The notes below the pieces were generated by a model, which had not been told where the DNA came from, ran no database searches, and was given only the letters and a program-made list of their open reading frames with translations. The position numbers and the translations under genes were made by a program. Shown piece by piece: positions 36,372 to 46,438 of a DNA stretch of 64,000 bases; position 1 is the first letter of the stretch; each line of letters starts with the position of its first letter. This stretch comes from a virus (taxonomy: Duplodnaviria > Caudoviricetes). The stretch spans positions 1 to 64,000 of the IMG/VR virus record IMGVR_UViG_3300025372_000639. One strand, 5' to 3'.

Positions 36372-37121
36372 ATGAATATTCCTTTTACAACTACATTTAA
36401 AACAGATAAAGGTCCATGTACCGTAAGTTATAACAACGGAGATCTTTTTAGATCAGTATGCGGAGGACAATCTGGACTCTTTGATCGATTATCTCCGGAA
36501 CAATTTAATACATGGTTTAATCGATATCATCGAAATTGTTGGAATAGACGATGGGGACACGGATTGTGGAAAGAAGTACCAACAGATAATCCTATTACTA
36601 TTACTGACATAGGCTGCGGACACGCCTTTCAGGATTTAATGTCCGCAGTATATATGCCTAATGCTAGCTTTCATTTAATTGATGGCGATGAATTTTGCCA
36701 AGGTAAAAACCCTACATGGACTGCTGATGGATCATTTATATACAATGATTGGAATGTTGTACGTGACGGTATTGCTAGTAATAATTTAGATCCTGATAGA
36801 TTTGTAATTAATACTCTCGGAAGAGACCCATGGCCTATGAGTGACATCGTTACTAGTTTTTATAGTTGGTGCTTTCATTATAGTACAGATGTATATTTAG
36901 AAAAAGTACTGGCGTCATTAAAACCAGGTGGCAAATTATATCTTACTATTAGAATGATCAAAAATGATCCTAGTATTGAAAAAATTTCAAACGCATTAGG
37001 TGTTAGACCAGAATTTATGAATACATACGACGTTAGTACTAAATCAAATCATATACCAGTATTCAACGATGCTGTTGATTATTTTTATGCAGAGGTCATG
37101 TGGATTCGACCTAAGGCATAA
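36372..37121 (+). CDS. class I SAM methyltransferase
   Basis: DIGCG motif I; LKPGG. Confidence 0.8.
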   Translation: MNIPFTTTFKTDKGPCTVSYNNGDLFRSVCGGQSGLFDRLSPEQFNTWFNRYHRNCWNRRWGHGLWKEVPTDNPITITDIGCGHAFQDLMSAVYMPNASFHLIDGDEFCQGKNPTWTADGSFIYNDWNVVRDGIASNNLDPDRFVINTLGRDPWPMSDIVTSFYSWCFHYSTDVYLEKVLASLKPGGKLYLTIRMIKNDPSIEKISNALGVRPEFMNTYDVSTKSNHIPVFNDAVDYFYAEVMWIRPKA

Positions 37122-37130
37122 TATTAATAT

Positions 37131-38588
37131 ATGAGCAATATAATTGTAATAGGCGGAATTTCTTACGATAAATTAGCCAGACCACTCGGACCGTTTCGAT
37201 TAAGAACTGCGGCAGAGGCGTCAGGGTATTCTTTAAAAGTAGTCGATTATGCATGGGCGTTTGATGAAGATAAGATGTTAAATCTTCTTGAAGGCCTAAT
37301 ATCTGACGACACTAAAATATTAGGTATTAGTGCCGCATGGTTTGATCGCCACTACGACGGATCTGCAAATAAATGGGCTAATCAATCTTTTTTTAATCGA
37401 TTTAAAGAAAAATATCCTAACATTGAAATAGTAATAGGTGGAACAAAAACAAATGCACAACCGCTGTTGTTTAACAATGCCAGTTGGTTTATTACTGGAT
37501 TCAGTGATATTGCATTTATTAAACTTTTAGACTATATCTACGGAAAAGATACTAACTTAAAATATTGGAAAGAATCTAATGTTAAGGTCATACACGGTGA
37601 TTCACATTACCCTGTGGCTAACATGGACGACTTAGAAACTATCTTTAAACCAGAGGATAATTTTTTAAGTTATCAACCAATGCCTCTTGAAGTGAGTAGG
37701 GGATGTATTTTCAAATGTTCATTCTGTACTCATCCTTTTCTAGGAAAAAAGAGTTACGATTATATCCGTTCGTCAGAAAGTTTAGCAAAGGAACTCGCAC
37801 GTAACTATGCGTTATTTGGAACTTACAGATACACTATTTCGGACGACACATTTAATGATAGTTACGAAAAACTAGATATGGTCCGTCGTGCAGTTGATAT
37901 TGCAAAAATACCCAATTTTGAATTTGTGGGATATATAAGACCAGAGCTGTTGGTTACTAAAACAGAAATGATTCCTAAATTGATAGACCTAGGTTTAAAG
38001 GGTTGTCACTTAGGTGTAGAATCTATGAATACTGATGCTAGAAAAGTTATCGGTAAAGGCATGGATGTTAACAGAGTTTTAGAAGTAGTAGAACGTTTAA
38101 GAGAACATGATGTAAGAGTTCATGCTAGTTTTATTATTGGTCTCCCTCACGAAACAGAAGAAGAAAATTATAAATGCAAAGATTTTCTAATAGCAAATAA
38201 ACATAGGTATTTTCAGAGCTGGGGATTCAACGGACTAGGTTTAGTTCGAGGAGCTACCGGAGAAGGGTACAGCCTGTTTGAAAAGGATCCTGAAAAATAC
38301 GGCATCAAAACATTTGAAATTCCAAATTCAATGTGGTTAGGATGGACCAATGATTACGGAATGGATAATAAAAAAGCAGAAGATCTAGCTAGAAAATTTA
38401 ATAACGAATCTTGGCCGCATCAGCAATTTGCAGGATGGACATTGGCCCAAGCATGGTTCCACAATCTTACTGATGACCAAATACGCAACGAAACACACAA
38501 GTCTCTTAATATCGATTCTTTAATAAAAAGAAATGGTATAGCAAGAGCAGAAATGAATTACAATGCGATTGTCAATACATCAAGATAA
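37131..38588 (+). CDS. B12-binding radical SAM protein
   Basis: RGCIFKCSFC, DDTFN, FIIGLPHE. Confidence 0.85.
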   Translation: MSNIIVIGGISYDKLARPLGPFRLRTAAEASGYSLKVVDYAWAFDEDKMLNLLEGLISDDTKILGISAAWFDRHYDGSANKWANQSFFNRFKEKYPNIEIVIGGTKTNAQPLLFNNASWFITGFSDIAFIKLLDYIYGKDTNLKYWKESNVKVIHGDSHYPVANMDDLETIFKPEDNFLSYQPMPLEVSRGCIFKCSFCTHPFLGKKSYDYIRSSESLAKELARNYALFGTYRYTISDDTFNDSYEKLDMVRRAVDIAKIPNFEFVGYIRPELLVTKTEMIPKLIDLGLKGCHLGVESMNTDARKVIGKGMDVNRVLEVVERLREHDVRVHASFIIGLPHETEEENYKCKDFLIANKHRYFQSWGFNGLGLVRGATGEGYSLFEKDPEKYGIKTFEIPNSMWLGWTNDYGMDNKKAEDLARKFNNESWPHQQFAGWTLAQAWFHNLTDDQIRNETHKSLNIDSLIKRNGIARAEMNYNAIVNTSR

Positions 38589-39113
38589 CAGAGATTGATC
38601 TATTAAATGATCACTGCTCCATCTTGATGTTAGCCAGTATCTATATTCCGAACTGAAGTTTACGGAACTATGTATTCTACAATTATCAAATGCGTAGATT
38701 CCGCCTTCCTCTAAATGTAGTGCTGTTGATTTATGCACAGCATTGAATTTCCACATTAGTCCTGCGCCAGGGTTCGTAATAATAGGTATTTGAAATTTAA
38801 TTATTCTATTTTGCTTTGCGCCATATACGCCTGCGGCATAATCCGAATGTTCGGGTACATAAGAGTACGGAGACATCCTAGATATATTTGATCCAACATG
38901 CCCGTCGATTGTAAAATATTTAGACATGTGTCTATCAAATAATTTTTGTAATGCAGGGGTATCTGATAAATGAGCAGTAGGTGTTATCTTAATAGAATAC
39001 TCTGCAAAGTCGTTGGAAACTACAAACGGTCCTAATACGGCATACTCTTTTAGATCACTGAGTACATCGTCATCCATTTTCTCAAGAAGTTTGTAAGTAA
39101 AATTATGTTTCAT
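38580..39113 (-). CDS. 2OG-Fe(II) oxygenase (Asp/Asn hydroxylase-like)
   Basis: HSD...IPIITN...FDNCRIHSSVN...R. Confidence 0.7.
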   Translation of the reverse strand: MKHNFTYKLLEKMDDDVLSDLKEYAVLGPFVVSNDFAEYSIKITPTAHLSDTPALQKLFDRHMSKYFTIDGHVGSNISRMSPYSYVPEHSDYAAGVYGAKQNRIIKFQIPIITNPGAGLMWKFNAVHKSTALHLEEGGIYAFDNCRIHSSVNFSSEYRYWLTSRWSSDHLIDQSLLS

Positions 39114-39799
39114 TTTTGTTTACTATGCAACTGCTTGGGTCTTAATCCTCTTTCAAAATCTGGATAATTTCTAGCACGGTGAATAAGTTCTTCTCTAGTA
39201 AACGGTTCAGTAGGAGGTAATCCTATGTACTTACGTTCTATATCTATTAGATAAACAAGACGTCTAGTATCAGAATAATTGTGAGCACTATGCACATACT
39301 GATTAGCAAATCCGTATATGTCACTCCAATCTATTTCAACACCTTCTGTTTCTAAGAAGATATCGCCCTCGGGGACAAACAAAGGAATGTGAATCCTAAC
39401 GGTACTGCCGTCTATGTTTTCAAGTCCCACATGTCTAGTTATAACATTGTTTTTTTCTAAAATGCTGTATGTACTAACTGGACATACGCTCATATATTTT
39501 TTAGTAAGGGCTACAGCAGTAGGGAATCTATCAAGGATTTCAGGAGTCTCAGTTCTCGATGAGTATATACCTTTTTCTTCCCATGAGTATTTTATTCCTT
39601 CATACTTCCATGCATACTCACTACTTTGAATAGTAGTAGTATCATAGGCAGCACTTCTGTAAGGTTTACCTTTAGCATAATCACCCTCAATGAAGTCAGT
39701 GTGATAATCTAGAAATTCTTTTAGTAAGTTTGGTGCAAGAGCCAGTAACTCCTCTGCAATGGGAAGTTCTTCTCTAAGAAAATAGTATTTTGGATCCAT
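39110..39799 (-). CDS. aspartyl/asparaginyl beta-hydroxylase-like protein
   Basis: H...RIHIPL...HSAHN...RLVYLID. Confidence 0.75.
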   Translation of the reverse strand: MDPKYYFLREELPIAEELLALAPNLLKEFLDYHTDFIEGDYAKGKPYRSAAYDTTTIQSSEYAWKYEGIKYSWEEKGIYSSRTETPEILDRFPTAVALTKKYMSVCPVSTYSILEKNNVITRHVGLENIDGSTVRIHIPLFVPEGDIFLETEGVEIDWSDIYGFANQYVHSAHNYSDTRRLVYLIDIERKYIGLPPTEPFTREELIHRARNYPDFERGLRPKQLHSKQK

Positions 39800-39806
39800 G
39801 AAATAT

Positions 39807-40376
39807 TTATGGTACTGCTATGTCAGCGAATATTTCTTTGGCTCGAGACATTGTAAGTCTCGGAAGTTGAGTGGTATTGCTTCCGTCAGTTACTCCTATA
39901 CTGATGCAATAACGCCCTTCACGGTATGCAGTGACATTATGAGGAACTCCAGTTTGAACAACCGTTGGGCCTTTTATTTCGTATCGTTCTATTAGTTTTA
40001 AAGATCTTGGTTCGAAGAATATGATGTTTGTAGCAACCGGAGTAATAGATGCTACTGGTTTGGCATTGTCACGTTCTTCGTACCAATTCATAGTACTGCC
40101 GGTTCCGCCAATTACCCAATTTATTTTGGTCGCATCACCGGGCTCAATGTCTATATGAGGCTTACTAGAATTGTTAGGATAGAGATAAAAAAGCTCAACC
40201 ATTAACGGTGTTAGTTTATATTTGGTAAAAAAATTCTTTAATTCTTCACTGATTAGGTCTTGGTAATCGAGACTGGCATAGTTATAAGATTGATTGTGTG
40301 CAATAAGTTTGGACACATCGACTCCGTTTTTAAAAACAGGAATATTTAAATTTAAATCAAAATAATGGATGCCCAT
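39807..40376 (-). CDS. 2OG-Fe(II) oxygenase-like protein
   Basis: HID...PHNV...RYCIS. Confidence 0.6.
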   Translation of the reverse strand: MGIHYFDLNLNIPVFKNGVDVSKLIAHNQSYNYASLDYQDLISEELKNFFTKYKLTPLMVELFYLYPNNSSKPHIDIEPGDATKINWVIGGTGSTMNWYEERDNAKPVASITPVATNIIFFEPRSLKLIERYEIKGPTVVQTGVPHNVTAYREGRYCISIGVTDGSNTTQLPRLTMSRAKEIFADIAVP

Positions 40377-40397
40377 GAAAATATTTATTTTAACGGT

Positions 40398-40426
40398 TGA
40401 CAGGTATCGTAAATAGTAATATAATA
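40398..40426 (+). promoter_or_regulatory. sigma70 promoter
   Basis: TTGACA...TATAAT with TAAATA in the spacer. Confidence 0.7.
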
Positions 40427-40431
40427 TATTT

Positions 40432-40544
40432 GCGACCGTGAGTGGAATTTGGCAGACCTGCCGCTTCTTTCGAAAGGAAAAGCTGGTGATGGGGCAACGT
40501 CTTAGACACAGCCTTTGTAGGTTCGAGACCTACCGGTCGTACCA
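40432..40544 (+). ncRNA. 113-nt tRNA-like RNA with expanded anticodon region
   Basis: GCGACCG/CGGTCGT-ACCA, Leu-type D region, T-arm GTAGG TTCGAGA CCTAC; no canonical anticodon arm. Confidence 0.65.
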
Positions 40545-40548
40545 AACA

Positions 40549-41319
40549 TTAACTATATTTTTCCATTAAGAATGGAACAATAACATCTTGTGCTAATTTC
40601 CGGCTATGATCTTTAGTAGGATGCATAGGAACAAAAGGATAATCTATTACTCGTGTTGACTCGTGATAGTTAGAATCAAAATTATTTAACCAACGTCGAT
40701 CATCTTCATTAACAGGCAGACCACTTTCTTCGACACACCATTCTATAATACTTTTTATTTTGAGAAAATGATCAAAGTTTACTTGCTCAAATAAATGTTT
40801 ATTATTTTGAGTAATAGCATCCGGTAAAACACCCGGAGCAAATGTGGTCATAAAATATTTTATTTTATATTTTTCTAAGAACCATTGTGTTCTAAGTATG
40901 TGTTCTAATGTAATAATTTCTGATTCAGCTTGATCATGTAGATATAGATAATAGTTAGTGCTATATATATCAGTCCAATGATGATTTAAGGTTACCCAAT
41001 TTTTACAACCTGGAATAAAACCTGTTGGATTTTCAGTAGATATTCTATGAATATTATCAAAATCTACTTTGGATTGAAAAACTTCTCTACGGCTATTTCC
41101 GCTCCAAGAAATACCAACTAGTATATCTTCGGGGTTATATGTTTTTAAAGCTTCGGTGACTCCGTAGATAATGGATCTAGAAATTTTTCCATTACCAACA
41201 CTGGTCGTTCCAAAATTATTTAAAGAACATTTAAGCTCTTCAGCTGTTGGATTCGGCCAGTTCTCAGGTCCTGCTGTATAACTACAGCCGCTGGTAATTA
41301 ATAGTTTAATCGGTTTCAT
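40549..41319 (-). CDS. SGNH-like hydrolase (GCS motif)
   Basis: SGCSYT...GN...WS...R...HP. Confidence 0.6.
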   Translation of the reverse strand: MKPIKLLITSGCSYTAGPENWPNPTAEELKCSLNNFGTTSVGNGKISRSIIYGVTEALKTYNPEDILVGISWSGNSRREVFQSKVDFDNIHRISTENPTGFIPGCKNWVTLNHHWTDIYSTNYYLYLHDQAESEIITLEHILRTQWFLEKYKIKYFMTTFAPGVLPDAITQNNKHLFEQVNFDHFLKIKSIIEWCVEESGLPVNEDDRRWLNNFDSNYHESTRVIDYPFVPMHPTKDHSRKLAQDVIVPFLMEKYS

Positions 41320-41362
41320 GTGAGTATTTATACGCATATAATAAATATTTTAACAAACATAT

Positions 41363-41394
41363 GGAATGGTCCCATAATGGTATTGGAGCGGATT
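41363..41394 (+). pseudogene. 5' half of a disrupted tRNA gene
   Basis: acceptor strand, D arm CCATAATGGTATTGG, then GCGGA-TT, ending just before the anticodon. Confidence 0.6.
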
Positions 41395-41418
41395 AACGCA
41401 AAAATGCTAAATATTTGT

Positions 41419-41997
41419 ATGAAAGCAAAATACGATTGGGAATTCATTCAGTCAGAATATGACAACGGTATGTCGCATAGTCAGCTATATGTCACTTACG
41501 GAGTATCTCCTGGGGCTATACGAATGGCTATTAAACGAGGAGTCTTTAAATCAAGAAACAGAAGTGATGCGGGAAATCTGCATAACTTAACTAAAGCGCC
41601 CGTAAAACATTCTGACGAGTTTAAAGAAACGCAGAGAAAACGAATTATCTCAAGATACGAATCAGGTTGGATGCCCAAGTCAGGGCGATGCAAAAAATAT
41701 AAGCATATCTCGCCCATTGCAGGTGAAGTTTTGTTAGATGGGACTTGGGAACTTGCAGTGGCTAAGTGGTTAGATGAAATGAACTACAACTGGAAACGAA
41801 ACACAAAACGATTCCAGTATGTAAATTTGAAGAACAAAATAAGTCATTACACTCCTGACTTTTGGGTAGAAGAACTAAACGGATACTTAGAGGTCAAGGG
41901 GTATGAGACAGAATTAGACCGTTGTAAATGGTCTCAATTTGTTGACCCGTTAACCGTGTGGAAACGCAACGAGTTAATAGAAATGAAAATAATATAG
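41419..41997 (+). CDS. PD-(D/E)xK-family endonuclease (putative homing)
   Basis: GTWELAVAKWLD...YTPDF...LEVKG; NUMOD-like KHSDEFK. Confidence 0.78.
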   Translation: MKAKYDWEFIQSEYDNGMSHSQLYVTYGVSPGAIRMAIKRGVFKSRNRSDAGNLHNLTKAPVKHSDEFKETQRKRIISRYESGWMPKSGRCKKYKHISPIAGEVLLDGTWELAVAKWLDEMNYNWKRNTKRFQYVNLKNKISHYTPDFWVEELNGYLEVKGYETELDRCKWSQFVDPLTVWKRNELIEMKII

Positions 41998-42086
41998 TGA
42001 GTTGGATGAGTGGCTTAAATCGGCACCCTGCTAAGGTGTTTCTCTATTAATATGGGACGTGGGTTCGAATCCCACACTCACTGCCA
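41996..42086 (+). tRNA. tRNA-Ser(GCT)
   Basis: loop CTGCTAA, long variable arm, GCCA. Confidence 0.88.
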
Positions 42087-42093
42087 AGTTTAT

Positions 42094-42172
42094 CTGTGTG
42101 TAATGTCAGCCAGGTCAGACGGCCCGCCTTGGAAGTGGGAGGTCGCAAGTTCGAATCTTGCCACACAGACCA
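42094..42172 (+). tRNA. tRNA-Pro(TGG)
   Basis: loop CTTGGAA, ACCA. Confidence 0.88.
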
Positions 42173-42177
42173 GTTAT

Positions 42178-42252
42178 TCCCTGGTAGCTCAGCGGTAGAG
42201 CAGTTGGCTGTTAACCAATTGGTCGCTGGTTCGATCCCAGCCTGGGGAGCCA
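42178..42252 (+). tRNA. tRNA-Asn(GTT)
   Basis: canonical cloverleaf, loop CTGTTAA. Confidence 0.93.
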
Positions 42253-42321
42253 AGTACTCCTATTAGATTCATGTACTTTGTCTAATAGGGAAGGAGAGTG
42301 TACATGCTCTCCGAGAGATTT

Positions 42322-42395
42322 GCTCTTATAGTTAAATGGCATAACGCATCCTTGGTAAGGATGTATTTCAAGTTCGATTCTTGGTAAGAGCACCA
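42322..42395 (+). tRNA. tRNA-Thr(GGT)
   Basis: CATCC TTGGTAA GGATG, ACCA. Confidence 0.92.
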
Positions 42396-43552
42396 AACTC
42401 GGGATAAATCTGTTTATAATCAGTTCCCGCAACTTTATCAAATTCCGATATAAAATCTATAAACATTTGAAATTCTTCTTTAGGTTGTTCTTTCAACAAT
42501 CCTATCGCACTTTTTAATAAATCATCACTTCCGGGTATTGTTAATCTTCCTCGGTAATTAGATAACTTTTCTAGATACATATCTTTGACATTGTCGGGAA
42601 TATTTCCCGGAAATAAAAATTTCTTATCATGCACTATTGACGGATTACAAAATTTAAATTTTGTCTGTAGTGCAACTTCTAAAGAATGTAAAAACTTAAG
42701 AGTATCTGAAACGTATCCTACATTCATAATGCTAATAGTGCTATTGAACCCAAATTTTATTTCAGGATAGTGTTTCCTAATATACTGCATATTTTTATAA
42801 ATTTGATCCCACTTGCTGAGATACCTTATGTACTCTTGTAACTTAGGTGGTCCATCTATGCTTACCGCTAGTATAACAGAAGTGTTCATACTGGAAACAA
42901 TATCGAGTATTTCGTGATTCAATCTTGTTAGGTTGGTGATAAAAACAATTTCTTCTAACTTAGTAGCTTCGTCCTTTATCAATTTTAAAATTTCTAAACA
43001 ATCATTGTCCATCATAGGTTCACCACCTACAAACAACACATGCCGAGTTTCTGAAAAACTTCCTGCAAGAGTTTTAGGGTCAATTGAGTTATCCGAAACA
43101 AACTCTGCATAATATTTTTTTAAATTTGGAGATTTAGAGATAACCTGATTTAATTTAGAACTTTGATTAGGTCCGCACATTCTGCAAGCAAGGTTACATA
43201 TATTCTTTAATCCTATATGAAATATTTTAGGCAATGTAGGATTCTCGGCATCTACCTTGGTAAGTAAATTTTCGTAATCAGTATTCTTTTTATCTTTATA
43301 AGAAAATACATCATCCGATATATGACATGCTTTACACTTGTCAATTGTATCGCCGTTTATCATTTGGCTTCTTAAATCTTTAAAATTTTGATTAAACCAC
43401 GTTACTGGAAATTCAGTTTCTTTTAAAGATCCTAAATTGCCTTCGTACTTACAGCACACTCCTACCAAGTCGTTGTGTAATTGAATTTCAGCTAATATCC
43501 AAGGTAGACTACATGCTCCTTTTTCTTTAACTATTTTATCTAATGGTATCAT
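42368..43552 (-). CDS. radical SAM protein with N-terminal twitch/SPASM-like domain
   Basis: CSLPW..CC..CKAC; CNLACRMC; GGEP. Confidence 0.85.
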   Translation of the reverse strand: MIPLDKIVKEKGACSLPWILAEIQLHNDLVGVCCKYEGNLGSLKETEFPVTWFNQNFKDLRSQMINGDTIDKCKACHISDDVFSYKDKKNTDYENLLTKVDAENPTLPKIFHIGLKNICNLACRMCGPNQSSKLNQVISKSPNLKKYYAEFVSDNSIDPKTLAGSFSETRHVLFVGGEPMMDNDCLEILKLIKDEATKLEEIVFITNLTRLNHEILDIVSSMNTSVILAVSIDGPPKLQEYIRYLSKWDQIYKNMQYIRKHYPEIKFGFNSTISIMNVGYVSDTLKFLHSLEVALQTKFKFCNPSIVHDKKFLFPGNIPDNVKDMYLEKLSNYRGRLTIPGSDDLLKSAIGLLKEQPKEEFQMFIDFISEFDKVAGTDYKQIYPEFGALTKNRT

Positions 43553-43571
43553 GTGGACTATAAATATTTTA

Positions 43572-44294
43572 ATGAGATCCGATCAAGACATTGCCAAAAT
43601 CAAATCAAGATTTTCAGAACCCTATTCTATTTATGGGTTCCTTACACAGGAAGAAATATCTCATTTGATCTCTATATTTGATTCCAACAACGAAAATATT
43701 ATCAAAGGATACGAGGGGAAAATTAAAAAGAACACAGGGCCGGTTACATTAAACTTGGATCCATTCTTAGATGATCCTGTTATCAAAAGCATATTTGAAA
43801 AATTAAAAACCTACATAGGTGAGTTTGAATTAAATGCAGGATTCTTTTTTAAGACAGATTACCCCCATATCATACATAACGACGATACTTTTGACCTCAA
43901 CGATGTTTATAAAGGTATCACAATTCCTCTTGCCTTAGAAGGCACATATACAGAGCTTCCTAAGTTATGTTTTTTTGATCAATGTTATTTCCAAGGACCT
44001 ACAAAGTTCTTTAACGGAAGTGCTAACATTCCTACATACTACAACAAGCAACTTTACGAGTATTCTACTCTAGAAGGAACCGTAGACGAACCGTTTGATA
44101 AAAAAATATACAGAGAATTGTTTACTCATCTAAATCCTAAATGGTTAGAAGGTTTGAGTTTATACAGAACATTAGAATGGCGTCCTACTACTGCTTTGAT
44201 ATTTGATAGTGTTAGATTACATTGTGCTAGTGATTTTAGACGTTTAGGAATAGAATCTAAATTGGCTATAAGTATTTTCACAAGAAAAGTTTAA
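43572..44294 (+). CDS. 2OG-Fe(II) oxygenase-like protein
   Basis: HND...FDSVRLHC...K. Confidence 0.55.
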   Translation: MRSDQDIAKIKSRFSEPYSIYGFLTQEEISHLISIFDSNNENIIKGYEGKIKKNTGPVTLNLDPFLDDPVIKSIFEKLKTYIGEFELNAGFFFKTDYPHIIHNDDTFDLNDVYKGITIPLALEGTYTELPKLCFFDQCYFQGPTKFFNGSANIPTYYNKQLYEYSTLEGTVDEPFDKKIYRELFTHLNPKWLEGLSLYRTLEWRPTTALIFDSVRLHCASDFRRLGIESKLAISIFTRKV

Positions 44295-44295
44295 T

Positions 44296-44778
44296 ATGTT
44301 CTCATACCAATATATTGATAATTTAGATCCTACTGAAATTAAAAGGATGCAGGATCTATATCTAAAAGCAACATCGGATCCTAAATTTCACTTTCAATAT
44401 GTAGATATAAATGCCACACACTTCATGGGTATGGAAATAGAAAAGACGGTATTAATTACCGTGCATCCCGGATATCCGTTGCCTATGCACATAGATCAAA
44501 GAGAAGGACTTGCATTAAATATTCCATTGTTAAACTGCGAACATACAATAACTGAATTATGGCAATGCGATCAGCCGCATAAAGTAGGATATACTACCAA
44601 CGGCATTCCTTATTTTTACTACTCTCCTGATACAATTAAAACTAAAATAGGAGAATTTGTTTTAACAAGACCTGTGCTATTTGATGTTAGGGTACCACAT
44701 TCGGTTACCAATAATGGTCGCAAATCGAGATTGGCAATCAGCCTTAGGTTTAAGGAAGACCCGTGGCACTTGATTTAA
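44296..44778 (+). CDS. 2OG-Fe(II) oxygenase-like protein
   Basis: HID...PHSVTN...RLAISLRF. Confidence 0.65.
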   Translation: MFSYQYIDNLDPTEIKRMQDLYLKATSDPKFHFQYVDINATHFMGMEIEKTVLITVHPGYPLPMHIDQREGLALNIPLLNCEHTITELWQCDQPHKVGYTTNGIPYFYYSPDTIKTKIGEFVLTRPVLFDVRVPHSVTNNGRKSRLAISLRFKEDPWHLI

Positions 44779-45299
44779 CTTCATTCCGTTGGCAATACCT
44801 TGACATAAACGACGATTATCTAACTGAAATTAGAGAACGGTGTTTGTTAGCATTGCCCAATAATAAAATACACTTCCAACAATTTGATGTATCGATAAAA
44901 GAATTTCTAGGAATGGAAGTAAACAATGTAGTAATAGTTCAGATACCTCCGAGATTTATGCAAGAAATTCATGCAGACTTTCGACCTGATAATAACGTAT
45001 TGGCAATAAATTTTCCTTTAATAAATTGTCAAGATGCGGTAACTGAAATGTGGGAAAGTAACGAATCAACTTTGTTAACTGAAAGGTTAGGGTATCCTAC
45101 AAATTTAGCAAGGAGAGGTGCTTGTAAAAAAATAGATCAGTTCATAGTAGACAGACCTGTTATATTCAATACAAAAATCTTACACTCAGTTAGAAACAAC
45201 TCAAGGAATACTAGGATTGCAGTTAGTCTTAGATTTAAAAACGATCCTTGGCACTTAATAGATCAGCAGCCTGATCAAATGACTGATAAAACTCTGTAA
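44763..45299 (+). CDS. 2OG-Fe(II) oxygenase-like protein (tandem paralog)
   Basis: HAD...LHSVRN...RIAVSLRFKNDPW. Confidence 0.65.
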   Translation: MALDLTSFRWQYLDINDDYLTEIRERCLLALPNNKIHFQQFDVSIKEFLGMEVNNVVIVQIPPRFMQEIHADFRPDNNVLAINFPLINCQDAVTEMWESNESTLLTERLGYPTNLARRGACKKIDQFIVDRPVIFNTKILHSVRNNSRNTRIAVSLRFKNDPWHLIDQQPDQMTDKTL

Positions 45300-45741
45300 G
45301 ATCAATAGTTAAAGATATCCTATCTGGTCCTATTATATTTCGAACGCCGTGGTGAACACCATTATTAAACAGATACCAGGTTCTTAATTTCATTTTATAA
45401 GATGATATTTCTTCTAATTCATTATTGTAAAAAGAAGTTTCAGCCAACCCTTTTATGGTATACATTGCTGTTAATTTTCTATGCACATCAACGTGGGGCG
45501 GCAAATCTCCTGTAATTCGTTGAATAGACATAAAATTAAAATACTTCGGATCTAATGTGCTGTTTGAAAATAGTTGTTTAAAAAAATGTTCTTTATCTTT
45601 AAAATTCCATAAATTTCTGTAGGCAGATTTTTGTGTGTTCGAAGGGTGTGTTTGATCTTTAATGTTTGAGTAATAGCATTCTATAATAGCAGGTTCTCTA
45701 TTGACATCGATAGGGTCAAATGGTAACTCTAAACAAAACAT
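45235..45741 (-). CDS. 2OG-Fe(II) oxygenase-like protein
   Basis: PHVD...HHGV...RISL. Confidence 0.6.
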   Translation of the reverse strand: MFCLELPFDPIDVNREPAIIECYYSNIKDQTHPSNTQKSAYRNLWNFKDKEHFFKQLFSNSTLDPKYFNFMSIQRITGDLPPHVDVHRKLTAMYTIKGLAETSFYNNELEEISSYKMKLRTWYLFNNGVHHGVRNIIGPDRISLTIDLTEFYQSFDQAADLLSAKDRF

Positions 45742-45742
45742 A

Positions 45743-46438
45743 TTAATGTGTATAGGCTAAATTTGCAATGACCTTTGCTACATTAGAAGTAGTAAAAGGA
45801 ACATTAAGAATTAGGTGTTGACTATTATCAACCCAACTAATAGTTCTATGTGTCATGCGTGTATTGACATAATATACTTGGCCGGGTTGAATAAACATCT
45901 TTCTTCCGTCCATGATCCAATCGTATTGATCAGGACCAACATTATTTAAGAACACAATCAATCTAAAGCACTCCCGTGGCATACTAGGATGATCACGGTG
46001 TGGAACAAAGTATCCGCCTGTATTGCTTTGCACAATAAATGTACGGCCTAAAGGTTGAAACATATCAAGGAACAGGTGTAGGCTTGTACAAGCACGGTAA
46101 ACATCAGTAGGTTCATTAAATTCAAGTTCGCTAAGTTTACGACCTGCCGCATAACTTGCTTCAGCTAGACTAGGAACATCAGTATGTGTTTTATCCGGTA
46201 GGTTGGTCAATGTCAATGCTCGTCGATTGTTAGGACGATCAGTTCGTGGCAAGTAGTCAACCCAGTCGCTATCAAATTGACTGATCTCTTGCATATACTT
46301 ACCCAGGTCAATATTAATTTTTAAAGGTTCGAAAGGTCCTAAATTTAACAAGGCTAGTTCGTTTGCCATATCGCTAGGTTTTACTAATCCTGTGTATTGT
46401 GCAGACTGCCCGCTAATTCCTGGTGGTACTTTATTCAT
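45743..46438 (-). CDS. 2OG-Fe(II) oxygenase-like protein
   Basis: PHRD...NTRMTH. Confidence 0.6.
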   Translation of the reverse strand: MNKVPPGISGQSAQYTGLVKPSDMANELALLNLGPFEPLKINIDLGKYMQEISQFDSDWVDYLPRTDRPNNRRALTLTNLPDKTHTDVPSLAEASYAAGRKLSELEFNEPTDVYRACTSLHLFLDMFQPLGRTFIVQSNTGGYFVPHRDHPSMPRECFRLIVFLNNVGPDQYDWIMDGRKMFIQPGQVYYVNTRMTHRTISWVDNSQHLILNVPFTTSNVAKVIANLAYTH

